Assembly (NCBI GenBank): GCA_000291825.1
Contig: ALPF01000004.1
Span: forward strand, 45,589-109,588
Reading direction: 5' to 3'
DNA from: Prochlorococcus sp. W8
GTDB taxonomy: Bacteria > Cyanobacteriota > Cyanobacteriia > PCC-6307 > Cyanobiaceae
Length of the DNA stretch: 64,000 nucleotides
Shown here: one piece after another, positions 1 to 10,361 of the stretch
Layout of the letters: the number at the start of each line of letters is the position of its first letter
Position numbering within the stretch: position 1 is the stretch's first letter
Position numbers and translations under genes: made by a program
Notes under the pieces: generated by a model
Seen by the model: only the letters and a program-made list of their open reading frames with translations
Databases searched by the model: none
What the model was told of the DNA's origin: nothing

Positions 1-578
1 GCAGTTAGAAATCCAATAATTAGGCTGGCAAGTAATAAGAATACAGAGCCATTTAAAAACGATTCATGAAGTATCGATCTTAAATATAGTTTTCTTGAAT
101 CTGGCCTATTTTTTGGTCCTGCATATTTTACTAGTAAAAGTCCAACCAATATTGCTGGGGATTCCATTAATGCTAATGCTCCAATCATAAATCCATCTGA
201 ACTAATATTTTGGCTAGTTAAAAAGCTCTCAGCTGAAATAAATGTGACAGCACTAATTGAACCATATGCAGCAGCTATAGCAGCCGAGTTAAATACATTG
301 AATTTAAGTCTTAAGACTATAAACCCTAAAAGTGGTATCAATAAGGACATAACAATTGCTGCACTTAAAGTAAGCAATACTTGATTATTGAAAATCCCGC
401 TTTTTTGTATACCTATTCCTCCTTTAAATCCAATAGCTAAAAGTAGATATAAGGAAAAAAGTTTAGGTAAAGGTGCTGGAATTTCTAAATCAGACTTACA
501 TAAAACAGCTATTACCCCTATGAAAAAAAATAATACAGTTGGTGCAAATATATTTTGAAGTAAAAGATTTAACTCCAT
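1..578 (-). CDS. sbtA: Sodium-dependent bicarbonate transporter SbtA family (3' part runs off the window)
   Basis: Not in ORF track. Manual translation from ATG at 578: MELNLLLQNIFAPTVLFFFIGVIAVLCKSDLEIPAPLPKLFSLYLLLAIGFKGG, the typical SbtA N-terminus (SDLEIP, YLLLAIGFKGG). Confidence 0.9.
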   Translation of the reverse strand, partial: MELNLLLQNIFAPTVLFFFIGVIAVLCKSDLEIPAPLPKLFSLYLLLAIGFKGGIGIQKSGIFNNQVLLTLSAAIVMSLLIPLLGFIVLRLKFNVFNSAAIAAAYGSISAVTFISAESFLTSQNISSDGFMIGALALMESPAILVGLLLVKYAGPKNRPDSRKLYLRSILHESFLNGSVFLLLASLIIGFLT

Positions 579-582
579 AGAA

Positions 583-2238
583 TTATTTTTTTAATTCATT
601 AATTGCAACTTGCAATGCTTCTTTTCTTGATTCAATAATTCCATCAACACCAAATTTAGTCAATCTCTCTCTAACTTTTTGATTAGCTCCTGCAACAAAA
701 GCTTTTCTGGAATTATTTTTTGCCTCTTGCATCATATCTTCTATAGCAAGAGTTGCAGTTACACCAAGGCGAGGCACATCAGTTATGTCTAGTATTAAAA
801 TTTTATAATTTCTTACTAGCATCATTCTTTCAGAAATACCTTTTGCCGCGCCAAAACTCAAGGGCCCTCTTAACCTGAATAACATTACATCTCCAGAACA
901 TTTGTCTAAGAGATCTTTTTCCTCTTGTGGCAGTAAATTATTAGTTTGATCACGATCATTTACAGGATTATCAGCATCCATACCCTCTAATTGAGTTTCA
1001 GTAATAGAATCTATAGTGAGCATATTTGCAATAAACACACCTACTAGCACAGCCCAAATTAAATCCCAGAAAACAGTCATTAATAATACTCCGTACATTA
1101 CGGCAGCTGTTTTTAAAGAAAGTTTATGTGCTCTTCTCAAGAATCCCCAATCTATAATATCTAAACCAACTTTTATCAGAATTCCAGCAAGTAATGCCGT
1201 TGGTATTTTTTCTGCTAATGGGCCAGCCCCTACAAGAACGATTAATAAGACAACAGAGTGCACCATTCCAGATATTGGGGTCGAACCTCCAGATTTAACG
1301 TTAATAACAGTTCTCATAGTGGCTCCTGCGCCAGGTAAACCTGAGAAAAGACCTGCTATCGCATTGCCTATACCTTGTCCAATTAACTCTCGATCTGAAT
1401 TATGCTTTGTCTGAGAAATATTATCAGCTACTAAAGAGGTAAGAAGTGAATCAATAGCTCCAAGAACAGCGAGGACTAATCCGGCTTTGAAAATTATTGG
1501 GAAGTATTGATTAAAACTTGGTAAACTTAAAGAAGGTACACCTTTAGGTATTTCTCCAATCCTATCTATTGCTCCATCTCCAAATAATATTAGCGATAAT
1601 GGAGTGACAATAATTAAGGCTAATAAAGGAGAGGGAACCCATTGACTGATTTTTCTAGGTGTTAGAAAAACAATTCCTAGCGTCATCACAGCTACTCCAA
1701 TAGCTGCACCATTAGGCGTAAAATTTGAAGATACCGTTGATAAAGACTCTATTACCCCTCCTCTAGTTGGAATACCAAGTAAAGGACCAATTTGTAAGGC
1801 AATAATAATTACACCAATTCCTGACATAAAGCCTGAAACAACTGAATATGGTACGAGTGTTATATATTTTCCGAGTTTAAGAAGTCCAAATGCAATTTGA
1901 AATAGACCTCCAATAACTACAGCCGCCATAACAAGAGGAAGTATTTCTCCTGCAGAAAGGTCACGAGGTACACCTACTGCGGCTAAACCTGCAACTACTC
2001 CAGCAACTGTTACACTCATTGGCCCAGTAGGACCACTTACCTGAGCGGGTGTCCCTCCAAACAAAGCAGCTAAGAAGCCAACAACGACTGCTCCATATAA
2101 ACCATAAATAGCACCACCAGGTCCAAGTGCTGCATTTCCGAATGCTAAAGCCAAAGGTAATGCTACTACTGCAGCAGTAATTCCTCCAAGAATATCTCCC
2201 CTTAAATTTTTAAGGTGCAAACCATTAATTAAGTTCAA
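583..2238 (-). CDS. SulP/SLC26-family anion transporter with C-terminal STAS domain (BicA-like)
   Basis: GDILGGITAAVVALPLALAF, GPTGP and ELIGQGIGN SulP motifs plus STAS-like tail. Start placed at TTG 2238, preceded by GGAG, rather than 2295. Confidence 0.88.
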   Translation of the reverse strand: MNLINGLHLKNLRGDILGGITAAVVALPLALAFGNAALGPGGAIYGLYGAVVVGFLAALFGGTPAQVSGPTGPMSVTVAGVVAGLAAVGVPRDLSAGEILPLVMAAVVIGGLFQIAFGLLKLGKYITLVPYSVVSGFMSGIGVIIIALQIGPLLGIPTRGGVIESLSTVSSNFTPNGAAIGVAVMTLGIVFLTPRKISQWVPSPLLALIIVTPLSLILFGDGAIDRIGEIPKGVPSLSLPSFNQYFPIIFKAGLVLAVLGAIDSLLTSLVADNISQTKHNSDRELIGQGIGNAIAGLFSGLPGAGATMRTVINVKSGGSTPISGMVHSVVLLIVLVGAGPLAEKIPTALLAGILIKVGLDIIDWGFLRRAHKLSLKTAAVMYGVLLMTVFWDLIWAVLVGVFIANMLTIDSITETQLEGMDADNPVNDRDQTNNLLPQEEKDLLDKCSGDVMLFRLRGPLSFGAAKGISERMMLVRNYKILILDITDVPRLGVTATLAIEDMMQEAKNNSRKAFVAGANQKVRERLTKFGVDGIIESRKEALQVAINELKK

Positions 2239-2491
2239 ATAATTTCTCCAATAAAGAACTTTCTTGATTAAAAATAATATCCTGTTATGGTTCAATTTTG
2301 TTGAAAAATTAAGTTTGTGAAGAATTTTTTATTAATGGTGTATTGTTTTAGTCTTAAGATTAGTTTCTAAGATTAAATTTCCTAAAAAATAATTATTTAG
2401 ATGTTTATTTTTGTGAGTTAATCAGTTTAAATATTAATTGACCTAATTAATTCTTAATTTCTGAATTAATTTTAAAACTTAGTAGATAAAG

Positions 2492-3493
2492 ATGAATTTA
2501 ATTATTAGACCAAGAAGGTTAAGAAGAAGTGAGGCTATAAGAAAAATGGTTAGCGAAAACAAGTTAAGTCCAGAAGACTTTATTTATCCTATATTTGTTC
2601 ATGATAAAGACTTTAAGGAAGAGATTTCTGCAATGCCAGGAATTTTTCGTTGGGATATTAAGGCTTTAATAGGAGAAGTTAAAAGAGCTTGGGAATTAGG
2701 AATTAGATGTATTGTCCTTTTCCCTAAAGTTGATGATAACTTAAAAACTGAAGATGGTGCAGAATGTTTTAATGAGGCAGGTTTAATTCCAAGGGTAATT
2801 AGAAAATTAAAAAAAGAAGTACCTCAAATGGCAATAATGACTGATGTTGCTCTAGATCCTTATTCGTGTGATGGTCATGATGGCTTGGTAGATCAAGATG
2901 GCAACATCTTAAATGATGAGACAATTGCAATACTTGAGAAGCAAGCATTAACGCAAGCAGATGCTGGGGCTGATTTTATAGGTCCAAGTGACATGATGGA
3001 CGGAAGAGTTGGAGCAATAAGAAAATCACTTGATAAAAATGGGTTTATTGATGTTGGAATAATAAGTTACACAGCAAAGTATTCTTCTGCTTACTATGGA
3101 CCTTTCAGATCAGCTTTAGATTCAGCTCCACGATTAAATTCTAATAAATTAATACCAAAGAATAAATCAAGTTATCAGATGGATCCAGCAAATGCAAAAG
3201 AAGCTTATTTGGAATCTTCTTTAGATCAATATGAAGGTGCTGATATATTAATGGTAAAACCTGGCCTTTCTTATTTAGATATTATTTATAGGCTAAATAA
3301 TTTTTCAAATAAACCAATAGCAGCCTATAACGTTAGTGGCGAATTTTCAATGATTAAAGCTGCATCTATGAAAGGTTGGATAAATGAAAAGGATGTAGTT
3401 CTTGAAACTTTACTAAGTTTTAAAAGAGCTGGAGCAAAATTGATTCTTTCATATCATGCATGTGATGCTGCTAACTGGTTAAAAGTTAATTAA
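2492..3493 (+). CDS. hemB: Delta-aminolevulinic acid dehydratase
   Basis: RPRRLR, DVALDPY, PSDMMDGR, YGPFR, MVKPG motifs. Confidence 0.97.
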   Translation: MNLIIRPRRLRRSEAIRKMVSENKLSPEDFIYPIFVHDKDFKEEISAMPGIFRWDIKALIGEVKRAWELGIRCIVLFPKVDDNLKTEDGAECFNEAGLIPRVIRKLKKEVPQMAIMTDVALDPYSCDGHDGLVDQDGNILNDETIAILEKQALTQADAGADFIGPSDMMDGRVGAIRKSLDKNGFIDVGIISYTAKYSSAYYGPFRSALDSAPRLNSNKLIPKNKSSYQMDPANAKEAYLESSLDQYEGADILMVKPGLSYLDIIYRLNNFSNKPIAAYNVSGEFSMIKAASMKGWINEKDVVLETLLSFKRAGAKLILSYHACDAANWLKVN

Positions 3494-3545
3494 AGCTCAA
3501 TAAATAAATATTTTTTGTATATTCTTATGAATAGCTATTAAAGTT

Positions 3546-3938
3546 TTGGAATTAAAAACATCAAATGGTGTCAATAGAATTGGCCATGTAGCACTTAGAG
3601 TAAAGGATCTTGAAAGATCCAAATCTTTTTATGTAAATTTAGGGATGAAATTAATTTGGGATGATAAAGATTGGTGTTACTTAGAGGTTGGTCAAAGTAA
3701 GGATGGACTCGCTTTGCTTGGCCCTAGTTATAAATCAGCAGGACCTCATTTGGCTTTTCATTTTGAAGATCGAAAAGAGATTGAAAAAATACATTATGAT
3801 CTTCAGAATTCAGCTATTAAAGTTGGAGCAATACATGATCATAGAGATGGTACTGCATCATTTTATATGCAAGATTCAGAAGGCAATTGGCTTGAAATGC
3901 TTTATGTACCTAAGGGAGGAATTAAATCTAATATTTGA
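3546..3938 (+). CDS. VOC/glyoxalase family protein
   Basis: HVALRV..LERS..FY, HLAF and YMQDSEGNWLE metal-ligand pattern. Confidence 0.85.
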   Translation: MELKTSNGVNRIGHVALRVKDLERSKSFYVNLGMKLIWDDKDWCYLEVGQSKDGLALLGPSYKSAGPHLAFHFEDRKEIEKIHYDLQNSAIKVGAIHDHRDGTASFYMQDSEGNWLEMLYVPKGGIKSNI

Positions 3939-6367
3939 TGACATTTTTTCAAGATCTAGAAACAGATAATTGTGTTAAAGAAACCTTACCAAAGAATTTA
4001 AGTATAAGATCTTTGGAACTTTTAGAGTGGCCAAATTTGATAAGACAACTTTCCTCTTTTGCCTCTACTCCAATGGGAAAAAGGGCAATATTAGATTTCC
4101 AAATACCTTTAACAAAAGAAGAATCTGAGAATTTAATAAAAGAGACAATTGAAATGCATAATTTGGAAAATGAAACTGATCAGAAAATTAATTTTGAAGG
4201 TGTATTTGATATTAAAAAAAATGTTGAGATTTGCTTTAAAAATGGAGTTATCAATGCAGTAGATTTGCTAGAAATAGCAGATACAATTTCTAATACAAGA
4301 AAATTAAGGGCTTTTATTTTTAATACTGATTTAAGACCTTTACTTTCATCAATTCTAAATAAACTTGTCGACCATATCCAGCTTGAAAAGATTTTGAAAA
4401 ATGGCATTGAAAAATCTGGTAGAATATCCGATAAAGCTAGTGAAAAACTTACAGAATTAAGAGGCCAATTAAATCATTTTAAGAATGAAAGACGACGCTT
4501 ATTAGATGATTTTGTCAAAAACAATAGTAAATACCTTCAAGATTTATTTATTGGAGATAGATATGGTAGGCCAGTTGTAGCAGTAAAAGTAAATTATATT
4601 AATAAGATTAAGGGCGTTTTACATGATTCGTCTTCTTCTGGAAATACAATTTTTATCGAACCTGATGTAATAGCTTCAAAAGGCAATAAAATTGCCTCTC
4701 TTAATGCAAAAATTTCTAATGAAGAATTTAAATTATTAAAAAAGTGGTCTTCCTTGATCTCAGAAAATTATAAAACTTTACTCTTAAATTCTGATATTTT
4801 ATTGAAAATTGAAAATTCTCTCACTCGCTCAAGATACTCAAGGTGGATAAATGGTTTTCCTCCTAAATTTAGTAATAATAATAGATTAACTATAACTGGT
4901 TTTACTCACCCATTATTGATCTGGGAATATAAAAAGAAAAGTTCAATACAACCAAAGGCGATTGATTTTGTAATAGCTGAAAATATAAAAGTTGTAGCTA
5001 TAACTGGACCAAATACTGGAGGAAAGACAGCTGCTTTAAAAGGCTTAGGCATTTCTTTTTTAATGGCTAAGTCAGGATTATTTATACCTGCAAATTCAAC
5101 ACCAATTATTCCTTTTTACTCCAATATCTATTCTGATATAGGAGATGAACAATCTTTGGAGGGTAATTTATCAACTTTTAGTGGTCACATAACAAGAATT
5201 AAAAACATCTTAGATGCACTAAATAGCAAAAGTGGCTTATCAGTTGTTTTGCTAGATGAAATTGGTTCAGGAACTGATCCAGAAGAAGGCACCGCTTTGG
5301 CTATTTCTCTTCTTAGAGAATTTGCAGATAAATCGGATTTAACAATGGCAACTACACACTATGGTGATATTAAAGCTTTGAAGTATAGAGATGAAAGATT
5401 TGAGAATGTATCTGTAAGTTTTGATGAAGAGTCTTTTCAACCAACTTATACTCTTAATTGGGGAATACCTGGAAGAAGCAATGCACTATCTATCGCAAAA
5501 AAAATTGGCCTTAGTGAAAATATCATAAACTTAGCTGCTGATTATTTAAAACCGAAAGAAACTGAAAATATTAACAAAATTATTAAAGGTTTAGAAGAGC
5601 AAAAGACACTACAACAAAATGCCGCTGAGGAAGCAGCCGCCTTAATTGCAAGAACTGAGATTCTTTACGAAGAAATAAATAAATATCATCAATATCAAAA
5701 ATTGCAAGCTAAAAGATTTCAAGAGAAAGAAAGAGAAAAATTAACTAAATCAATTAATCAAGCAAAATCTGAAGTTGTAACTCTTATTGAAAAATTGAGA
5801 AATAAAAATGCTTCAGGAGAGGATTCGAGAAGAATTGGTATAAGGTTGAAAGAGATTGAAAATAAATTGCTTCTCGAAGAAGATAAAAAGGTTGATAATT
5901 ATAAATGGGCGCCAAGTATTGGAGATTTTATAAGGATTAAAAGCCTAAACACCACTGGCAAAATAATTGGCTCTGATGAAAAAGGACTATCATTTACAGT
6001 TAATTGCGGATCATTTAATAGTATTTTGTCACTCAGTGATTTAGAAGGTCTTCATGGGGAAAAGCCAATTATTCCAAAATCAGAAATCAAGATTAAATCT
6101 ACTCAAGATCATTATTCCTCTTCAAATATTAGAACATCAAAAAATACTGTTGATCTTCGTGGTTTGAGAGTGCACGAAGCAGAAATTGTATTAGAGGAGA
6201 AATTAAGAAAATTTCATGGACCTCTATGGATTATCCATGGTGTTGGAACAGGTAAATTAAAAAAAGGCTTGAGGCTTTGGTTATCTCAATTAGATTATGT
6301 TGAAAAAATTGAGGATGCATCCCCCTCAGAGGGTGGCTCAGGTTGCAGCATAGCTTGGATTAAATAA
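3938..6367 (+). CDS. mutS2: Endonuclease MutS2 with C-terminal Smr domain
   Basis: ITGPNTGGKT P-loop, LLDEIGSGTDP, TTHY, Smr DLRG...IIHGVGTG. ATG at 3938 overlaps the upstream TGA. Confidence 0.95.
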   Translation: MTFFQDLETDNCVKETLPKNLSIRSLELLEWPNLIRQLSSFASTPMGKRAILDFQIPLTKEESENLIKETIEMHNLENETDQKINFEGVFDIKKNVEICFKNGVINAVDLLEIADTISNTRKLRAFIFNTDLRPLLSSILNKLVDHIQLEKILKNGIEKSGRISDKASEKLTELRGQLNHFKNERRRLLDDFVKNNSKYLQDLFIGDRYGRPVVAVKVNYINKIKGVLHDSSSSGNTIFIEPDVIASKGNKIASLNAKISNEEFKLLKKWSSLISENYKTLLLNSDILLKIENSLTRSRYSRWINGFPPKFSNNNRLTITGFTHPLLIWEYKKKSSIQPKAIDFVIAENIKVVAITGPNTGGKTAALKGLGISFLMAKSGLFIPANSTPIIPFYSNIYSDIGDEQSLEGNLSTFSGHITRIKNILDALNSKSGLSVVLLDEIGSGTDPEEGTALAISLLREFADKSDLTMATTHYGDIKALKYRDERFENVSVSFDEESFQPTYTLNWGIPGRSNALSIAKKIGLSENIINLAADYLKPKETENINKIIKGLEEQKTLQQNAAEEAAALIARTEILYEEINKYHQYQKLQAKRFQEKEREKLTKSINQAKSEVVTLIEKLRNKNASGEDSRRIGIRLKEIENKLLLEEDKKVDNYKWAPSIGDFIRIKSLNTTGKIIGSDEKGLSFTVNCGSFNSILSLSDLEGLHGEKPIIPKSEIKIKSTQDHYSSSNIRTSKNTVDLRGLRVHEAEIVLEEKLRKFHGPLWIIHGVGTGKLKKGLRLWLSQLDYVEKIEDASPSEGGSGCSIAWIK

Positions 6368-6405
6368 AATATATTTATATCTTTTAGCTATTTTTAATAT
6401 TCCTA

Positions 6406-7389
6406 GTGCAGTTTATTGATCAAGCGCAAATAATTATAAGAGCAGGAAGAGGAGGTGATGGGATTGTGTCATTTAGAAGAGAAAAGTTTGTTCCAGCAGG
6501 AGGACCCTCTGGAGGTAATGGTGGAAAGGGTGGGTCCGTAATCTTTGAGGCTGATTCCAATCTTCAAACTCTTTTGGATTTTAAATTTCAAAGAGAAATA
6601 TTTGCAAAAGATGGAGTTAAAGGTGGGCCTAATAAAAGAAGTGGAGCAACTGGGGAAGATAAAATTATTAAGGTTCCTTGTGGAACTGAGATAAGGGATA
6701 ATCAGACCAACATTATTTTTGGAGATTTAACGCAACATAAACAAAAAATAGTTGTTGCATTCGGAGGCAGAGGGGGACTGGGTAATTCACATTTCCTTAG
6801 TAATCAAAATAGAGCCCCTGAATTTTTTATTGAAGGAAAAGAAGGGGAAAGTTGGAATATTAAACTCGAATTAAAGTTACTTGCAGAAGTAGGCATTGTT
6901 GGCTTGCCTAATGCAGGAAAAAGTTCACTGATTTCTGCTATATCTTCAGCTCGTCCAAAAATTGCAAATTATCCATTTACAACCTTAATTCCTAATCTTG
7001 GAGTAGTAAGAAAAATAGATGGAAATGGGTGTCTCTTTGCTGATATTCCAGGATTAATTTCTGGCGCGGCAGAGGGCATTGGTTTAGGTCATGATTTTTT
7101 GAGGCATATTCAACGAACAAAAATTCTTATACACCTTATTGATTCGGCAGCTGAAAACCCCCTAAATGACTTTTTAATCATTGAAGAGGAATTAAAGAAG
7201 TATGGGAATGGACTTTTAGATAAACCAAGAATTATTGTTTTAAGTAAAAAGGAACTTTTAGAAAGTAATAATTTGAATGAAATTACAAAAAAGTTAGAAA
7301 ATTTGTCTAAAAAGAAAGTCTTAGTTATTTCTTCATCTTTGCGAGAAGGTCTATCGCAACTTCTCTCTGAGGTTTGGGCAGAAATTTAA
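6406..7389 (+). CDS. obgE: GTPase ObgE/CgtA
   Basis: FID...[29 protein letters not shown]. Confidence 0.97.
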   Translation: MQFIDQAQIIIRAGRGGDGIVSFRREKFVPAGGPSGGNGGKGGSVIFEADSNLQTLLDFKFQREIFAKDGVKGGPNKRSGATGEDKIIKVPCGTEIRDNQTNIIFGDLTQHKQKIVVAFGGRGGLGNSHFLSNQNRAPEFFIEGKEGESWNIKLELKLLAEVGIVGLPNAGKSSLISAISSARPKIANYPFTTLIPNLGVVRKIDGNGCLFADIPGLISGAAEGIGLGHDFLRHIQRTKILIHLIDSAAENPLNDFLIIEEELKKYGNGLLDKPRIIVLSKKELLESNNLNEITKKLENLSKKKVLVISSSLREGLSQLLSEVWAEI

Positions 7390-7478
7390 AAAAATAAAAA
7401 TTAACTGACCCTATTAAAAATACTTGATTTTAGTATTAATTTTAGTAATAAATTAGTTAGCACCTTAATTAATCAGTT

Positions 7479-7661
7479 ATGAACTTCTACAGTTGTTTTG
7501 ATAAAGCAGGAAAAGTTATTGCAAGATGTCAAACAATTCAGGATATTGAGGTTCTTAAGAAGATGGGGAGACCAATTGTTGAGGTAAGAGAAATGAAAAG
7601 AGAAGAATCAGTGGTTTGTTCCCTTACTGGAAGTCCTTCAGATTACAATATGGATTATTAA
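7479..7661 (+). CDS. Small hypothetical protein (60 aa, three Cys)
   Basis: Clean ATG-start ORF filling the gap between obgE and cp12, ending at a terminator hairpin. Confidence 0.75.
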   Translation: MNFYSCFDKAGKVIARCQTIQDIEVLKKMGRPIVEVREMKREESVVCSLTGSPSDYNMDY

Positions 7662-7683
7662 AAAAGGGGTCATTTAACCCCTT
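7660..7683 (-). terminator. Intrinsic terminator between the convergent 60-aa ORF and cp12
   Basis: AAGGGGT-CATTTA-ACCCCTT stem-loop with an A-run on the left (U-tract on minus strand). Confidence 0.75.
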
Positions 7684-7710
7684 GAAGTAGAAGTTTTTAA
7701 AAGAAATTAA

Positions 7711-7929
7711 TTAATCATCATAAACTAGGCATTCTGGTTCATCAGGGTTTGCATCACAGAAAAGTTCAAGGGCGTTGGGATCATGTTTATCTTCAGGATG
7801 ATGATCTTTGTATTCTTCTAATTCTTTTAATTCTTCAGTCAAATGTCTAACCTTTGGAAGGTTACCTTCTGCTTTTGCAGATTCGATTTCCGATTGATCT
7901 TTTTTAATGTGTTCGTCAATGGATTTCAT
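7711..7929 (-). CDS. cp12: CP12 Calvin-cycle regulatory protein (form lacking the N-terminal Cys pair)
   Basis: C-terminal LELFCDANPDEPECLVYDD CP12 signature. Confidence 0.93.
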   Translation of the reverse strand: MKSIDEHIKKDQSEIESAKAEGNLPKVRHLTEELKELEEYKDHHPEDKHDPNALELFCDANPDEPECLVYDD

Positions 7930-8043
7930 TTGCTGAATTCCTAAATAAGTTGATAAATATAAGATAGTGAATTAAATCAAAAATTGCATCTTTTTTAAAC
8001 TTAAATGTTTGATAATCATCAATTATGAATAAAAAATAATTTT

Positions 8044-8991
8044 TTAGTTATGGATTATTTTTTCTAATGAATTTTTAAGGGGAACAATTTGATTTGGGTT
8101 TAGAGGAAATAGTGCTGTGTAGTAATCTTGCATCCATTTCTCTTCAAAACATGTCTCTCTAACTTCTTTTAAATTAAAGAATTTTAATCTCCAGTTTAAA
8201 ATATTCTTGTATTCAGAAATATCTTTTTGCGTGCATTTAAATAAAATACTGTAAATCAATTCCCACCTAACTAAAGTAGGAAATAAATAAATATCTGCAA
8301 GACTTAACTCTTGGCCAAGTAACCATGGTCCTCCATTGTTTTTAAGGAGATCATCCACTTTATCTAGACTTGAAAATAAATTTTTACTTGCTTTTTCATA
8401 TGCACTTTGATTTTTTGCAAAGCCGCATTTGTATACCCCATCGTTTATTGAATTATGTATTAAGCCTAGTAAATGACTATTATTATCAATAATTTTAGTT
8501 CTATTAGTATTTTTATCATCTCCAATTTTATTGAGGATTCTTACTATTTCACTACTTTCATTGGAAATTGGTTCAATTTTTTGATTATTAAAACGTATTA
8601 AAATTGGTAAAGTAGGTCTTGAAATTATATTTAATTTAAATTGTGAGTAAACCTCACTTAAGGCTTTCATTCCAAGAAAATGATCTTTAAATATCCACTC
8701 CCCATCTTTATATCTAGGATTTAAAAAAATAATATTTATTGTTTTTGATAGATTCTTTAATCTATACACTAATAAAGTTCGATGACACCAGGGACATGTT
8801 GATCCAATAAGTAAATAAAGATTTTTGGTGTTTTGTGAATTAACTTCAGATTTTCTATAATCTTTTTTTATTCCTTGTGGCCGTTTATAGTTACCATACA
8901 AATCTGACGGAGCGAAGCCATTCATCAGTTTTATCCAGTACCAGAACCAAAACTTTCTAGCAAAAATTATGAGATATCTGTTTTTTTTCAT
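8044..8991 (-). CDS. Glutathione S-transferase, glutathionyl-hydroquinone reductase-like
   Basis: CPWCHR, NESSEI, INDGVYKCGFA..Q.AY, LADIYLFPTLVR. Confidence 0.88.
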   Translation of the reverse strand: MKKNRYLIIFARKFWFWYWIKLMNGFAPSDLYGNYKRPQGIKKDYRKSEVNSQNTKNLYLLIGSTCPWCHRTLLVYRLKNLSKTINIIFLNPRYKDGEWIFKDHFLGMKALSEVYSQFKLNIISRPTLPILIRFNNQKIEPISNESSEIVRILNKIGDDKNTNRTKIIDNNSHLLGLIHNSINDGVYKCGFAKNQSAYEKASKNLFSSLDKVDDLLKNNGGPWLLGQELSLADIYLFPTLVRWELIYSILFKCTQKDISEYKNILNWRLKFFNLKEVRETCFEEKWMQDYYTALFPLNPNQIVPLKNSLEKIIHN

Positions 8992-9014
8992 AGAATTGAT
9001 TAAAAATCTGCAAA

Positions 9015-9908
9015 ATGATTGATAAGAAATTACTAATTGTTTCTGGTACGCATGGAAATGAGCTAAATCCTATTATGGCTGTTAATAAATTTAGGAATTT
9101 AACCTTAGCCAGTAAAAATAATTACTTTGAGTTTATTTTAGGCAATCCTCTTGCTTACGAAAAGGGTTTGAGATATCTCGATGTAGATTTAAATAGATCT
9201 TTTGATTTTAAAAATTCCTTTTCAAATAAAAATCTTTATGAATTTCAAAGAGCGGAACAAATACTAAAAGAATTTGGTTCAGAAAACCCTAAAGGATGCC
9301 AAGTAGTATTTGATTTACATACCACTACTGCTTCAATGGGTACAAGCCTTGTCATGTATGGGAGAAGAAAAAAAGATTTTTATTTAGCTGCAATTCTGCA
9401 AAATAAATTTGGATTACCTATATATTTACATGAAAAAGATTCTCAACAAACTGGATTCTTAGTTGAAGCCTGGCCTTGTGGATTAGTTATTGAGATAGGA
9501 CCAGTCGCCCAGAATCATTATGATCCAATAATTGTTGAAAGATTTTTAATTCTATTAGAATTTTTAGAAGAAATATGTAACAGCATAAATAACAATAATA
9601 ATTTACCTTTGCCTTATGAAATGACTATATATGTCCATCAAGGAAGCATAGATTATCCAAGGGATAAAAATGGAAATATCAACTCTTTAATTCATCCAGA
9701 TAGAGTTATGCAAGATTGGGTTGAGATTAAGAATGGTGACCCATTATTTCTAGATGAGTTTAATAAAAATATAAATTATATTTCTAAAGATAAAACTTAT
9801 CCTGTTTTTATTGGTGAAGCAGCTTACAAAGAGAAGAAAATTGCTATGAGTTTCACTAAAAAAGAAATAATCAAATGTTCAAGTGAATGGATAAAAGAAT
9901 TTACTTAA
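9015..9908 (+). CDS. Aspartoacylase
   Basis: GTHGNE, DLNRSF, DLHTT, EIGP, FIGEAAY.EK motifs. Confidence 0.92.
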   Translation: MIDKKLLIVSGTHGNELNPIMAVNKFRNLTLASKNNYFEFILGNPLAYEKGLRYLDVDLNRSFDFKNSFSNKNLYEFQRAEQILKEFGSENPKGCQVVFDLHTTTASMGTSLVMYGRRKKDFYLAAILQNKFGLPIYLHEKDSQQTGFLVEAWPCGLVIEIGPVAQNHYDPIIVERFLILLEFLEEICNSINNNNNLPLPYEMTIYVHQGSIDYPRDKNGNINSLIHPDRVMQDWVEIKNGDPLFLDEFNKNINYISKDKTYPVFIGEAAYKEKKIAMSFTKKEIIKCSSEWIKEFT

Positions 9909-10048
9909 GTACTAATTTCTTATTGACTTATTTAAAAATCAGCGAATGCAGATATTTATTTATTTAGAAGATTAATCTATATTATAAGTTTACTTTATAT
10001 TAGTAATGTATCTTCCAAGGAGGAAGTCAAGATAAAAATTGTTGTCTC

Positions 10049-10177
10049 TTATAACCTCTTACTCCAATAAATAGTAGCTCCGATTGCTTCTAATTGCAGT
10101 CTCCTACTTCTTGCTGAAGATAAAGGGACTACTTCCTTTGATCTCCTCCCATCAATAAAAAACTCTAATAAAACCAA
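10049..10177 (-). CDS. Small hypothetical protein (42 aa), not in ORF track
   Basis: Manual translation TTG..TAA: MVLLEFFIDGRRSKEVVPLSSARSRRLQLEAIGATIYWSKRL. Visibly more GC-rich than the flanking spacer. No clear RBS, start uncertain. Confidence 0.6.
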   Translation of the reverse strand: MVLLEFFIDGRRSKEVVPLSSARSRRLQLEAIGATIYWSKRL

Positions 10178-10256
10178 TTTCAGGAGTAAAATATTAAAAA
10201 AATCTTAAATCATAAAGTTGCTCTTTTTGTATAAATTAATAAATTTTGTACTTTTT

Positions 10257-10274
10257 ATTACATTTTTTTACACA
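10257..10274 (+). promoter_or_regulatory. HLR1-like direct repeat (candidate RpaB site) upstream of psbA
   Basis: ATTACATT-TT-TTTACACA, two TTACA units 10 bp apart, matching the (G/T)TTACA(T/A)(T/A)-N2 repeat. Confidence 0.6.
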
Positions 10275-10361
10275 TTTTCAATGATTTTGGATTAAAGTTT
10301 TATGAGTAGATTTATTCTGCTTTTATTTACACGCCTTTTTTTAGGCATACCTTACGAACTC

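Noticed and set aside
1016-1414. 132-aa ORF antisense to the SulP transporter, and similar antisense ORFs at 14382-14774, 32014-32367, 48816-49127 and 56073-56504
   Set aside because: They lie entirely opposite conserved genes, have no recognisable motifs, and are best explained as shadows of the sense-strand codon usage.
2355-2375. TAAGATTA direct repeat between the transporter gene and hemB
   Set aside because: Short AT-rich repeat with 13-bp spacing and no match to a motif I can support.
10302-10361. Apparent N-terminal extension of D1
   Set aside because: D1 starts at MTTIQ (10362); the upstream frame is 5' UTR/promoter sequence.
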